Assembly: GCF_006345805.1 (NCBI RefSeq)
Contig: NC_043025.1
Span: 1,736,001-1,800,000, forward strand
Length of the DNA stretch: 64,000 bases
Reading direction: 5' to 3'
Source of the DNA: Octopus sinensis
Lineage: Eukaryota
A program made the translations under genes and the position numbers. Positions 52,388-64,000 of the stretch are shown in pieces (position 1 is the first letter of the stretch; each line of letters opens with the position of its first letter). The notes beneath the pieces are model-generated. The model did no database searches and was not told the DNA's origin. It saw only the letters and a program-made list of their open reading frames with translations.

Positions 52388-53609
52388 GTAAGTTGTTCTG
52401 TTTATTTCCTACTCAAACTTAATTATTTGTTCCTTTTATACACAATATTAAATGTTCCTAACTAAGCACAAGTATTTGTCCATATTTCCTTTCTTTCTTC
52501 TCCACTACCCTCTGATCCTCATCATCGTCAGTCCAAGAGATGAAAGACAAATGGAGTCATTAAATGGGTGGTGACTTTGTCAAGATGTTGTCTTGCTACA
52601 AACGGTTGAAGCTTTTACTGATGTTAAAAGCCAAATCATTTCTTTGTCTAAGATATAGAAATACGAGTGTGTCACATAGGAATCAAGTCCCCATCTCATC
52701 AAGCTTTATAGAGCTGTACTGGCGCTCAATGAATAAATGAAGCTACCCAAAAGGATGAAGATGATATTTGTCCATAAATGTTTGTTTCATAATTTAAATA
52801 CTGGAAGTGAGAATGACAGGCTGGTTGTCAGCAGTTGAGACATAGTCTACAGAAATATACGGTAGGGCTTCTTTTAGAGGGTGGTACCACTGCTGCGTGG
52901 GGGCTGTTGAAAACGTTTATATAGACTGGAGACATAAGGAACAGTGGAGGTATGTATATTTGAAACACGAAGAATGTGTACCTGAGTTTGGCTGAAGCCT
53001 TGTGCTAAAGGTTAGATCAGAAACTAAAGTAAATGCATCAAATGTTCGCTTATTGTGTGGTGGGTCTGAGGTAAATATTCACCCATGTCAAAGCTAGGAC
53101 CCAGAACTAAATTACTCTCACCTGATATTATATGTGTATATACGTTTAAAACAAGGGGCACTGAATCATAACCAGGGAAAAGGTCTTTGAAAAATTGTAA
53201 GTAAAAGGAAAGGGGCCATAGCTGTAAATGTTTAAGAAGTGCTGGAATAGTCATCATTGTTATGGAGTGATGGGTAGAATGATTTTGCAAAATTTATGGA
53301 GTTAATTCTTGGTAAGAGACCAGAATCTTTGGCTTTAATTTGGGAGGGAAGTGAGCTGACAGATGGTAAAATGCAGGAAAACACCCTTTACCTTCTTGAT
53401 GACTATTACACAATGTATTTCAATGACGGGTGAACGTCTGGCCTTTAGTGATGGCAGGTGCTTCCCTCCAGGTGAAATCGGTAGTGTTGTTTGTCAGTTC
53501 AGCTGTAATACAGTTGGGTATGAACCACTCACACATTCTTACATACTGTATGGCTACAAACTAATGAACGCCCCGATGCTGCTGGTGTCTAATTAAAACT
53601 CCTCTAACT

Positions 53610-53790
53610 GATTAGCAGCATTTCTTCTGTCTTTACGTTCTGAGTTCAGATTCCACCGAGGTTGACTTTGCCTTTCATCCTTTCAGGGGTCAATAAATTA
53701 AGTACCAGTTGCGTACTGGGGTTGATCTAATCGACTGGACCCCTCCCCCGAAATGTCAGGCCTTGTGCCTAGGGTAGAAAAGAAAATTTC
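53610..53790 (+). mobile_element. tRNA-derived SINE
   Basis: gagttcagattccaccgaggttgactttgcctttcatcctttcaggggtcaataaattaagtaccagt. Confidence 0.8.
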
Positions 53791-54048
53791 TTACTTTCTC
53801 TGTCGTTTCCTTTCTTTTGCATTTGGTTTGTTTAAATGGTATCTGTTATTTAGCTGTGTGTGTCCTGTCACATCCCACACTTGAAAGCTTGTCTCATTCC
53901 CTTCACAGCTGATATCAAAAGTAACAGTAATATACTACGGAATTTTGTCAGTTGCTTTTCTTCCCTCTTCCCTCCTTCAGTCAGAAAAAAGTAAAGTTTT
54001 AACTAAGACAGACATCTTACGCTTAATAAGAAACGCTTCTACATCTAC

Positions 54049-57000
54049 GGTCGGTTTGAAGTCGGAGTTATCTTCAAACCTACGGCCCAAAGATCTCGCT
54101 ATCACCTCCCAGCTCGCTAGGCCATGGCAGATGAACCTCGTGCTTAAAGGGTGGGGCCAGTTTGCGCGCACTGCACTTCACCTTAAAAAACTCCCTAGTG
54201 CAGGCCAAAGGACATGTCCACATTCTGTGACCAGCCATTCTAAAAGCCCTGCAGCAATGGGAAAGGGGCGAAAGTGGCAGGTGGAAGATGTCACTGGAAG
54301 CCGTAGTCTTAATCCTACATGTAGGTGGCTCAGGACTTTGTTCGCCTGGTTGTCGACCCGGAGGCGACGACGCCACTCGGCAGCATCCTGAGCGACCAGG
54401 CAGCCCTATTTAGGAAGAGCACTGCCTGCTTCAAATGGAAAAAGGCGGTAGAAAAGGTTCACCTAAACAAAACTCGTCTCCTCTATACCCAGTTGGCTAA
54501 CCGGGGTCAACGGGCATCTTCAGAGTGGTCGAACAAATATGGAAACAAAACCGAAGAAAAGTAAGCAGGAGTTGAAAGTTGCCTGCTGGAATGTCAGGAC
54601 CATGCTTGACAAGGTTGACAGCAGCCACCCGGAACGTCGTTCGGCTCTCATAGCTCATGAACTCTCCCGTCTCAACAATGACATAGCAGCTATCAGCGAG
54701 GTCCACTTCACTGACGAGGGCAGCCTCAAAGAACACGGCACTGGTCCGGAAAACCATCATCTGAAAAACGTGTGTTGGGTGTAGGACTCATGGTGAGGAA
54801 TTCCATCACCTCCAAACTGGAAACGTTACCCACGGGCCACTCGGACCGCATCATATCCATGCGCCTACCACTGGAGAGCAAACAACATCTCACTCTCTTC
54901 AGTGTTTATGCTCCAACTCTAATGGCAGATCCCGCAGACAAAGACAGATTCTATTCTGATCTGCGCAGACTCTTGAACAACACCCCTGCAAACGACAAGG
55001 TCCTGGTCCTTCGCGACTTCAACGCAATAGTTGGGAGGGAGTCTGAGGCTTGGAAAGGAGTCCTTGAAAGACACGGAATTGGTGACTGTAATGACAATGG
55101 GAACCTCCTGCTCGAGTTCGCCACAGAGCACCAACCTGCTATTACCAACACAATCTTCCACCAGAAAGACCGTCTGAAAACAACTTGGATGCATCCTCAG
55201 TCCAAACATTGGCATCTACTTCACTATGTGCTTGTGCACCAGCGGGACCTGAAAGACGTTCTACACACAAGAGTGATGCCCAGTGCAGAGAGAGTGCCAC
55301 ACCGACCATCGCCTTGTCCGCTGCAAGCTCCAACTGCAGTTCAAACCCAAACCCAAGAAGAGAGGTAACCCCATAAAGAAACTCAATGTCGACAGCTTGT
55401 GCCGGGAGGAAGTGGAAATCAAGTTCCAAGCAAACCTGCAGCAAAGACTAGACGAATCCCCCTGCACTGATGACACCACCCCACACACCTTGTGGGAGAA
55501 CCTGAAATCAGCCATCCTTAAGACATCTACGGAAGTTCTTGGGCACATAAAGAAAAAAAACAAGGACTGGTTCGATGGAAATGACAAGGAGATCCAGGAA
55601 TTACTAGCAAGGAAGAGGGCAGCTCATCAGGCCCACCTCGCACAACCAACCTGTCTTGTGAAGAAAACTACCTTTCGACACGCATGCAGCACCCTGCAGT
55701 GAAAACTCAGAGAAATGCAGAACGAGTGGTGGGACCACCTGGCGCGGAGAACCCAGCTATGCGCTGACCTTGCAGACTATAGAGGCTTCTATGAGGCTCT
55801 GAAAGCAGTGTATGGCCCCGCCCACCTGGTCCAGAGTCCCCTACGCAGTTCAGATGGACAGGACCTCCTCACCGATAACACCTCCATCCTCGCTCACTGG
55901 TCCGAGCACTTCCAAAGCCTCTTCAGTGCTAACCGTACCGTACAGGACACTGCCACCCTTCGCATTCCTCAACTTCCACACAAAGAGGAGCTCAACAAAC
56001 CACCCACCCTCGAAGAAACGATTGAAGCCATAGGACCACTCAAGAGTCGCAAAGCAGCAGGGGTTGATGGCATCCCACCAGAAATCTGGAAGAATGGAGG
56101 TCCGTTGCTCCATGACAAGCTCCATGATTTTCTTGTCTGCTGCTGGGAGCAGAGCAAGCTGCCACAGGATCTTCGCGTCGCTGTCATCATAACCCTGTAC
56201 AAGAACAAGGGTGAAAAGTCTGACTGCTCCAACTACCGGGGAATCACCCTACTCTCTATCGCCGGCAAAGTACTTGCCAGGATCCTGCTCAATAGGCTAG
56301 TAGCAACCATCGCTGAAGAAAACCTCCCCGAGAGCCAGCAGTGTGGCTTCGGAGCCAACACAGGCACAACGGATATAGTGTTCGTCCTCCGCCAACTCCA
56401 GGAGAAGTGCCGAGAACAAAACAGCGGACTCTATGCTACTTTCATCGACCTTACAAAAGCATTTGACACAGTGAGCAGGACATGAATATGGCTCATCCTG
56501 GAACGACTTGGATGACCCACCAAGTATCTACAGATGGTGATCCAGCTGCACGAGAATTAGCGTGGTCAGATCAGACTCAATGCTGACCTGTCGGAGCCCT
56601 TCCCCATTTCCAATGGCGTGAAGCAGGGTTGTGTCCTGGCACCAACTCTCTTCAGCATCTTCTTCAACATGATGATCAAGCATGCAACTAAAGATATGGT
56701 GGATGAGGATGGGGTGTATATTAGGTATCGTCTGGATGGCAGTCTCTTCAAACTACGGCGCCTCCAAGCCCACACCAAGACCAAGGAGAGGTTGATCCGA
56801 GACCTTCTCTTCGCAGACGACGCTGTCCTTGTCGCCCACAGAGAGCGAGCTCTGCAGCGCAGCACGTCCTGCTTTGCAGATGCCTCGCAGCTCTTTGGCC
56901 TGGAGGCCAGCCTCAAGAAGGCGGAGGTGTTTCACCAACCTACACCCCAAGAGGAATACCAAGAAGAATACTATCTGCGGTACCGAACTGAAATCAACAC

Positions 57001-57785
57001 AGCAGTTTACATACCTGGGCTGCATCATCCCAACCGATACGAATGTTGACAAGGAAATTAACAATAGACTTTCTAAGGCAAATAACTCCTTTGGCAGATT
57101 GTACAAACGTGTTTGGCACAATGGTGGCCTGAAGAACAAAACAAAGATCAGTGTGTACAGGGCCGTGGTTCTCACCACTCTTCTCTACGGCTCAGAGACC
57201 TGGATCACTTACCACAGTCACATCCGTCTCCTTGAGCGCTTCCACCAGCGATGTCTCCGCACCATCCTCAGCATTTACTGGCGTGACTTCGTCACAAACA
57301 TTGAGGTCTTGGAGTGGGCCGAGATCCTCAGCATTGAAGACACGCTACTGAAGTCCCACCTCCGATGGGCAGGGCATGTCTCCAGAATGGAGAACCATCG
57401 CCTTCCAAAGATTGCCCTGTTTGGCGAACTCTCCTCCGGCCACCGAGTGAGAGGAGCTCCGAGGAAGCGCTACAAAGACTGCCTCAACAAGTCTCTAACA
57501 ACATGCCAAATTTACCACCAATACTGGTCAGACCTGGCTGCGGACCCTGATGTCTGGTGCCACATGATCTTCAACGCAGTCAGCAAGTTTGAGGAACAAA
57601 GAAGTGGCACACTTAAAAACAAGAGACGAAGGCGCGAGTCGCCTCTCACACCACACCGGATGTTACCTTCGTCTGTGGACACTGCTCACGGACCTGCCTT
57701 TCCCATATCGGACTTGTCAGTCATGAGCGTGAATGCACGCGACGTGGACAGCCTTCCTGATCTTCGTTCGCGAAGCCAAGCCATG
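54049..57785 (+). mobile_element. Near full-length RTE-clade LINE (about 3.7 kb; APE + RT) in intron 1 of gene B, with a 10-bp TSD
   Basis: TSD CTACATCTAC at 54039-54048 and 57786-57795; ACWNVRT, ISEVH, DFNA (APE); NYRGITLLSIAGK, FIDLTKAFDTV, GVKQGCVLAPTLF, LFADD (RT); several stops and frameshifts. Confidence 0.95.
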
Positions 57786-58350
57786 CTACATCTACCATGA
57801 ATATGTAGATTTGTATGATTCCCCTAAATATTGTTCTGTCCACCTCTTTACTAAACAATCAATGCTTAATACCAACAAACTATTCTATCATTTCTTGATT
57901 ACATCAAATACAAACGAAATTTAAACAAGTTTCTTTAGTAATTGCCTCTCTTCTCTCCGCTTCTTTCTATTTCTCTCTTTCGTAATGCTTCTCCAAAGCT
58001 TTTCAATAATTTTCAATATTTTATAAAAATGATTTTACTTAAAAAATATCTTTCTTTAAATATTGTTGCTTTATATTTTGCAAAAATGTGTTTGTGTGAG
58101 TGGTCCTCGCAGGCATCTAGAACAACAATAAATCAAAACAACTGAAACTACGAAGACATCTGACCTATGCCAGTATGAAAAGCAGAAGTAAAAATTATGT
58201 GTGTCCCTTTCTTTCCCATTTTTTCTCTTTCGTATCCCTCGTTTCTCACCCATGCATCTTCTTTGATCTTTTCTCTCTCTCCACCTCTCTCTCTCTCACC
58301 CTCTCTTTCCTCTAATATATTTCACATGTCTTCACTTTTCTTCTCTTCAG

Positions 58351-58502
58351 ATCAACGAAACAGATAAATGGGGTCTGACAATGTTAATGCTTGCATGTCG
58401 TTTGGGCAGTACAAGCTTAATAAACAAGTTATTAGAATTTGGAGCTGAGGTGAACAAAGAAGACAACAATAAAAATTCAGCATTACATTATGCTGTGAGG
58501 AG
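58351..58502 (+). CDS. Ankyrin-repeat exon of gene B (INETDKWGLTMLMLACRLGSTSLINKLLEFGAEVNKEDNNKNSALHYAVR)
   Basis: Strong acceptor cttttcttctcttcag, donor AG|GTAAGT; G.T.L.LA..LL..GA.VN..D....ALHYA is the ankyrin consensus. Confidence 0.9.
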
Positions 58503-59419
58503 GTAAGTTAAGAATTAAATAAAATCTTCATATCCGTTTTCTTTCTAAATTTCTTCCAAAATATGCCATAGCAGTGGCAGTGTGACATGATGACAACATG
58601 ACAGGAGTAACCAGCAACATCTTTGCCTCATTTTCTCCAGGAATCCTCTTTATTTTTTAATCATAAAAATGGTTTTGCTGATATTTTGTCAAAACAGATT
58701 ATTTTTGTTTTGGAGATAATCTTCGAGGGCCAGCAGTTCTTCAGATTGATCCAGTGTGATTCAATGACCTCTATCAATACTGATTATGGAGAGATCAATC
58801 AATTTTTCTCTAAAGAAAATATTATTTCAGCTCTGAAAGAACAAGAAGAAAAATCCTAGAGTTTGTTATGGCAGCAGCAATTTGTAAGGTTCCTTCCCAG
58901 AAATTATAATATTACATACATCCGTAACATTCTCAACTTATTCTTTCATGTATAAATTGTAACTTTACCTGTATCTAAAATTCTTGGAATGACTTCGAAA
59001 GGAACTGCTGCATCACTGACTTGGACTTGCATTCTAGCTGACATCCTCAATCCAAAAGTGGCTTCTCAACTATCTCTCTACTTGATATTAGATCTCCTTT
59101 TGCTTCCAGTTCTGTTCCTCAAATGCTCCTTTCTACTTGCCTGACATCTTTGGTACCTGTATTACTATGCCACACATCTCTGGATAATTTGCTATTTGTT
59201 GAAGGTTTTGCTATTTTAGTTTTTTATACAATTTTACAATCACACACACACACACACAGATGTTCCTTTATATTGTTATATGTTTCAGCCCAAAGGCTGT
59301 GGCTATGTTAGAGTGTTGCCAATGTAATAACCTTTTCCATGGCCATTCTTATACGATTGAGTTTTGGTGAAAGACGGAGATCGAAACCTATACCCTCTTT
59401 TGTATTTTTTTACTATGAT

Positions 59420-59560
59420 ACAGGTTCCTCTGAGACCTTTGATAGCAGGAAATCAAGCTGTTTCTTGAAGACACCTACCCCTACTCCATGAAGATCCCTC
59501 AGGTGGTTTGGCAAGACATTAAATAGTTGTAGGCCCTTGAAACATACATTCATTGTTAAT
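59420..59560 (-). mobile_element. CR1-group LINE C-terminal fragment
   Basis: FKGLQLFNVLPNHLRDLHGVGVFKKQLDFLLSKVSEEP. Confidence 0.65.
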
Positions 59561-60349
59561 AACCTAAAAAATATAGTGACAAAATAACAATGAAGTGAAT
59601 CTAAATAAAAGTTCTTAGATATAAAGTTTAGGAAATATAGGGATTGATATCAACAAGAGAAATAGGAAGAATATTAAAGATTAGAAATTAAAAATGTAAG
59701 TGCTTATCTAAAGAGAAGAATCTTAAAAAATATGGAAGACGATAAGAATAAGATTGATAGAAATTAATAAGATGGTTTTCTGAGAAGTGAAGGGAAATTT
59801 GGTAAGATATTAAGAAAAGGAAAATCATATATTTAACATTAATAAGCTAGAAACTAAAATGTAGGAAAGAGAAAGAAAAAAATTGACAAGTGAAACTAAA
59901 TAAAAGTTTTTGACCTATTTTACAAAATACTGATTGATATCAACAGGAAAATATGAAGAATATTAAAATATAAATTAGAAGATCAAACATAGAAGCAAAT
60001 AGAGAATAGGTTGTAAAGACGAACAAGAGTAATATCATTTAGTATTGCAGATGGCGATAGATTGAAGTAGATAAGGTAAATACTTAGAATAATGATATTG
60101 ATATGCATTCGTTGAAAGTGTTTGAAAATATGTAGTCATTGTGATAATGCAGCTAGATGTATTGAAACATTTTGCAGATAAATGTCCTGAGCTCGAGATT
60201 TGAATTACCTATATAAACAATTGAATATTATTATCAGGGTTCACAGACACACATAATTATGTATATATATAATATTAGGGAGTATATCCAAACTTACAGG
60301 GAAAAATTAGATTTAGGACTAAATCAAATTTCACAGTATAAATATAAAT

Positions 60350-60789
60350 TAAATTAGAGATAAAACCACCATTAGGCAAATCTAACAGTGATAGACATAA
60401 ACCAAAATATAAAAAAACAAAAAATAAATGTAATCAATATAATAAAATATAAAATTTAAAATTTTAATTATTAAAATTTGAAATTTTTATGTTTATATTT
60501 ATAAATTATTATATTTTGAAATTTTTAAACTTTTAATTTTTATTTATTTGTTTTTTTATTTATATATATATTTTAAAAAATTAAAAGTTAAAAAATTAAA
60601 AAATATAAAAATATAATAATTTATAAATATAAACTTTAAAATTTCAAAGTTTAATAATTCAAATTTTAAATTTTATATTTTATATATATATTGTATATTA
60701 TATTAATAATATTTATTTTTTGTTGTTTATGTATTGGTTTATGTCTATCACTGTTTGAGTTGCCTAATAGTGGTTTTATCTCTAATTTA

Positions 60790-60792
<3 letters not shown>
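60350..60792. mobile_element. AT-rich foldback element (about 215-bp arms)
   Basis: Termini aaattagagataaaaccaccattaggcaa and ttgcctaatagtggttttatctctaattt; centre about 60568. Confidence 0.7.
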
Positions 60793-60834
<42 letters not shown>

Positions 60835-60968
60835 GATGTACTCGCATAGCAAGTGATTTGATCTGAGATCGTGTGCTGGAACGAAAACAATTGCAGCGTG
60901 GAAGGTGTTTGTAAGCCATTTAAGAAACACACAAAAGCCGTTCGATTCACTTCAACATTTAAGTTTAA

Positions 60969-61018
60969 TTTGTCAAAATATTTTCGTCGCTAAAATCTGC
61001 GACCTGTTCACTGACAAA
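60969..61018 (-). ncRNA. Hammerhead-like motif with G3:C8 swapped core
   Basis: - strand: TTTGTCA GTGAACA G GTCGC AGATTTTA GCGAC GAAA ATAT TT TGACAAA; 7-bp stem I, 5-bp stem II, palindromic stem III AATATT. Confidence 0.65.
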
Positions 61019-61164
61019 AATCCGTGCTGCATCTGAGAAAGTAACAGTTAGTTCGTCATATATATGTACGTATGTATGTGTGTATGTATGTATACATGCA
61101 TGTATGCATGTATATGTGTATGCATGTATGTATGCATGTACGTACATACGCCTGTGTATGCATG

Positions 61165-61198
<34 letters not shown>

Positions 61199-61499
61199 TG
61201 TATATATGTAAGTATGTGTGTGTATATGCACGCACATACACACTATAAACTTAAAGCTATAAACCTGTAGTGATGGATAGATGTAGACTGACCACTCATC
61301 ACAATAATATCAAATTTCAACCCCCCCCCCGCCGAAAGTAGGAAGTGATTTACGACCCTCACCCCCAAAACAAAACTCTAAAACCTATTATCAGACATTT
61401 ATCTCTATATCCCAAAACTTTTGTTTTACTATTGCTTGTTTTTATTTAAAAAAAAATTTTTTTCCTCCCTTACATCTAGTTAGTTCAGGTTAAATATAT

Positions 61500-61760
61500 A
61501 TACGTATGTATGTATGTGTGTATGTATGTATGTATGTATGTATGTATGTATGTATGTATGTGTGTATGTATGTATGTATGTATGTATGTATGTATGTATG
61601 TATGTATGTATGTGTGTATGTATGTATGTATGTATGTATGTATGTATGTATGTATGTATGTATGTATGTATGTATGTATGTATGTATGTATGTGTGTATG
61701 TATGTATGTATGTGTGTATGTATGTATGTATGTATGTATGTATGTATGTGTGTATGCACG
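61500..61760 (+). repeat. (TATG)n microsatellite; further degenerate arrays at about 61060-61240 and 61760-62100
   Basis: Direct reading. Confidence 0.95.
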
Positions 61761-62104
61761 TACGTACGCCTGTGCAAATGTATGTATATGCGCACGCATG
61801 CCTGTGCCCATGTATGTGTGTGCGTACATGTACGTGTGAATGTACGTGTGTATGCCCATACGTAGGTATGTATGTATGTTTGTACTCGTGTGCTACGTAT
61901 GTATGTGAGTGTCTAGGAGAATGGGCAGACGCGTCTGTGTGTGTGTGTACATGTGTATGTGTATGTGAACGTATGTCCGTGTACTGGCATGTGTCCGTCC
62001 AAGTTGTGTACATGACTGTTACTTAGCTGAAGGTTGTATACATACACACTTATATGTTTGTATAGACGCACACACATATATATATATGTGTGGGTGTGTG
62101 TTTG

Positions 62105-63640
62105 TTCCTCTCATCATGTAAACGAGAGAGAGAGAGAGGGGCGGTTATAGAATGGTCCTCCTGAATGGGATCTGGATGTTACTCCATTCGGACTTTCGGT
62201 TGAGAGTAGGTTTGTATTCTTGTATACAAACAGCTTCTGTGACCTGTCTCAACATTGCATCGGTGGGATGTGTTGATAGGATGTTTAACTTAAGTTTCCC
62301 TAAGGATCCTTTGTGGCAGTCTACAGCATGTTGGTAGAAGATGGAGTTTGGCTTCCTTTCAATGTAGTTGTCCAGGTGTTCTTTGAACCTATCATTGATA
62401 CTCCTAGAAGTCTCACCTATGTATGACTCTGGGTTAGTCGCACAAGCTCCTTCTTGTCACTCAATTTGGTATACAGTGCCCTTGGTTTTGCAATTTATAT
62501 GTGGATTTGTCGAACATACTGCACAATTACTTTGACAGGTGATTCTATCAAATGGATATGATCTGCATAATGCCGATTTGATAGTCCTACCTGTCTTTTC
62601 TACAACTTTGATTTTAAGGCCAGTAGTGCGCAGGATTTTCTTGAATACCTTACTTAGCTCGTTCTTAGGTGTGGCGTCAACGAACATTACTCTGTGAAAT
62701 CTCCTGTTATCATACCAAGTATTGTTTCTCATCCTTTTGTTGGTGTCCCTCTCTAACCTATTCCAGAACTTGTTGCGGTATAGGGGGCATATACCGTTTT
62801 CGTTGTCCCTTAGAATGCGTTCGAATCTAGCCTTCGCTCTCTTGTACACTCTGACTCTATCGTCTTGTGTGTATCCGGAGCGTTGCATTCGGAATATGTA
62901 GTGCTGGATGTGTTGCTGTCGTTCTTGTGGTTGGCATAGTGGTGATACATACCTCATTACTCTGATTAAGTCTGCCACTAGGATGTTGAGTTTGGCAGTA
63001 TTCGACATAGCTGAGTCACTACGGATTACTAGTGGATTAGCCATCGGTTTCTGATAGTGTGAGTGGAGTATACAGGGTTTAATGGTTCCATTAACCATAG
63101 CATCTTCCATCCATAGCTCAGTATCTAGGACGAGTAATCGTTTACTGGGGTGTTTAGAGGGGTAGTCTATGGTAAGTTTTATACTGTTGTGGATAGAGTC
63201 AGCTATGTGTTGTATAGATGTCATCACCTGTTCTTCACTTGGTAGAGGGCTCATAACTGTGTCTGTATTATATTTCACAACAAGGTTAATGTCGTCGACA
63301 TAACGAGTGTCCATAGCCAAGTGGATGTTACGGTTTGCTAGGCACTGTTTAAAATGTTTGTCCCATGAAGAGGTTTGCAACGTCACCAGCGATCCCTACT
63401 CCAATAGCACCGCCTTTCGTCTGCCTATACAGTTTGTTGTCAAACTTAAAAATATGTGCTTTAAGTGTAATTCTCAGGCTGACACCGATAGCATGTGCGA
63501 TGGTGGTTCTAATGTCATGTGCACTTGAAGGTGGGTAGTCCGGCTTCGTCCATTCCTGCCAGCACTCACAGTGAGTCTTCCTGTATGCTGAGGTAATGGT
63601 AGGTGGTCTACCGCCTTTGTTACAAACAATGCTGGATCTT
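62105..63640 (-). mobile_element. Penelope-like element, Naiad-like, 5'-truncated (RT + linker + GIY-YIG)
   Basis: HIFKFDNKLYRQTKGGAIGVGIAGDVANLFM, RYVDD, QKPMANPLVI..SAM, CQSNCAVC linker, VYQIE*..C..YIGETSR..RFKEH; one frameshift near 63365. Confidence 0.9.
62145..63386 (-). CDS. PLE RT C-terminus plus GIY-YIG frame with a single in-frame TGA (62457-62459)
   Basis: The frame stays open for 103 codons after the TGA to TAA at 62145-62147 and contains the YIG motif and the catalytic Arg/Glu region. Confidence 0.7.
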
Positions 63641-63679
63641 TTTTGAAGTTGAATGTGCAGTTTTTTTTGTACTTGCCTT

Positions 63680-64000
63680 ATTGAGATCATTAATCCAAGT
63701 TTGAGAAGTCTCTGATTCTTTCAATAAGCCACTGACATCTCAGATTACGTACCAAAAATATGAGGATATGCTTAGTGCAAACTTGGTTGAAAATTGCAAG
63801 AGCTGTCTGGCTGATCAAACTGTATTTTTAATTGTCGATGAAAGTGAGATCGATGACAAATAATTTGTTTAATGTAATTGTTGGTTCAATTAAAAATTCT
63901 CAAGGAAACGTTCTTAATATAATGTTTGCCACTCGAATCAACTCTAACTGCTACAGGCATCGCTTACATCATCAAGGATTCGCTAAGAAGTACAACGGTT
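63680..64000 (+). mobile_element. Possible DNA-transposase relic (DDE/RNase H-like)
   Basis: NPSLRSL / SFNKPLTSQ..QTVFLIVDESEIDDK: hydrophobic strand ending in DE, as in hAT-related transposase catalytic motifs; broken frames. Confidence 0.4.

Larger units (their letters stand above)
45730..52440. repeat. Right arm of the inverted duplication, with an extra RTE fragment and a palindrome inserted
   Basis: 45730-46260 mirrors about 4650-5230 at visibly lower identity; 48010-52440 mirrors about 1-4560. Confidence 0.88.

Noticed and set aside
58641-58888. Next exon of gene B (acceptors at 58640 or 58830)
   Set aside because: The phase-compatible frames either stop early or lack ankyrin similarity; no convincing donor
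1572-62026. Dozens of ORFs rich in YI/IY, CV/VC, HT/TH and YVCM
   Set aside because: Translations of (TA)n, (CA)n and (TATG)n microsatellites; not genes
61900-62144. SECIS element downstream of the TGA-containing PLE frame
   Set aside because: ATGATGAGAGGAACAAA resembles the 5' half, but no complementary 3' strand with the GA quartet follows; the sequence runs into CA-rich microsatellite. The 3' end may be truncated.
1-64000. CRISPR array or prokaryotic operon
   Set aside because: No regularly spaced direct repeats with unique spacers; the DNA is intron-containing eukaryotic sequence

Overview
Eukaryotic, very AT-rich, microsatellite-laden DNA. The SINE families, (TA)n/(TATG)n arrays and retroelement mix look like a cephalopod (Octopus-like) genome; this is inference, not a database match. 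The only host-gene sequence I can support is the 5' end of two divergently oriented paralogues. Gene A is on the - strand (first coding exon 73-156). Gene B is on the + strand (exon 52304-52387 spliced to an ankyrin-repeat exon 58351-58502). Their upstream regions form a large inverted duplication (about 1-5230 vs 45730-52440) that is almost identical in nearby non-coding DNA but strongly diverged in the coding exon. The rest is transposon-derived: CR1-group LINEs, RTE LINEs (one near full length with a 10-bp TSD), mariner/Tc1 relics, Helitron-like ends, tRNA-derived SINEs and many Penelope-like element (PLE) fragments and foldback hairpins. Two signals stand out. (1) More than a dozen minimal type-I hammerhead-ribozyme motifs on both strands: five with a canonical core, two copies with a compensatory G3:C8 swap, and recurrent U4C and single U4A/A6U variants. 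(2) A Naiad-like PLE whose GIY-YIG endonuclease has an in-frame TGA exactly at a conserved Cys, followed by 103 open codons, a candidate selenocysteine codon. Folding and identity statements were made by eye; element boundaries are approximate unless a junction is quoted.
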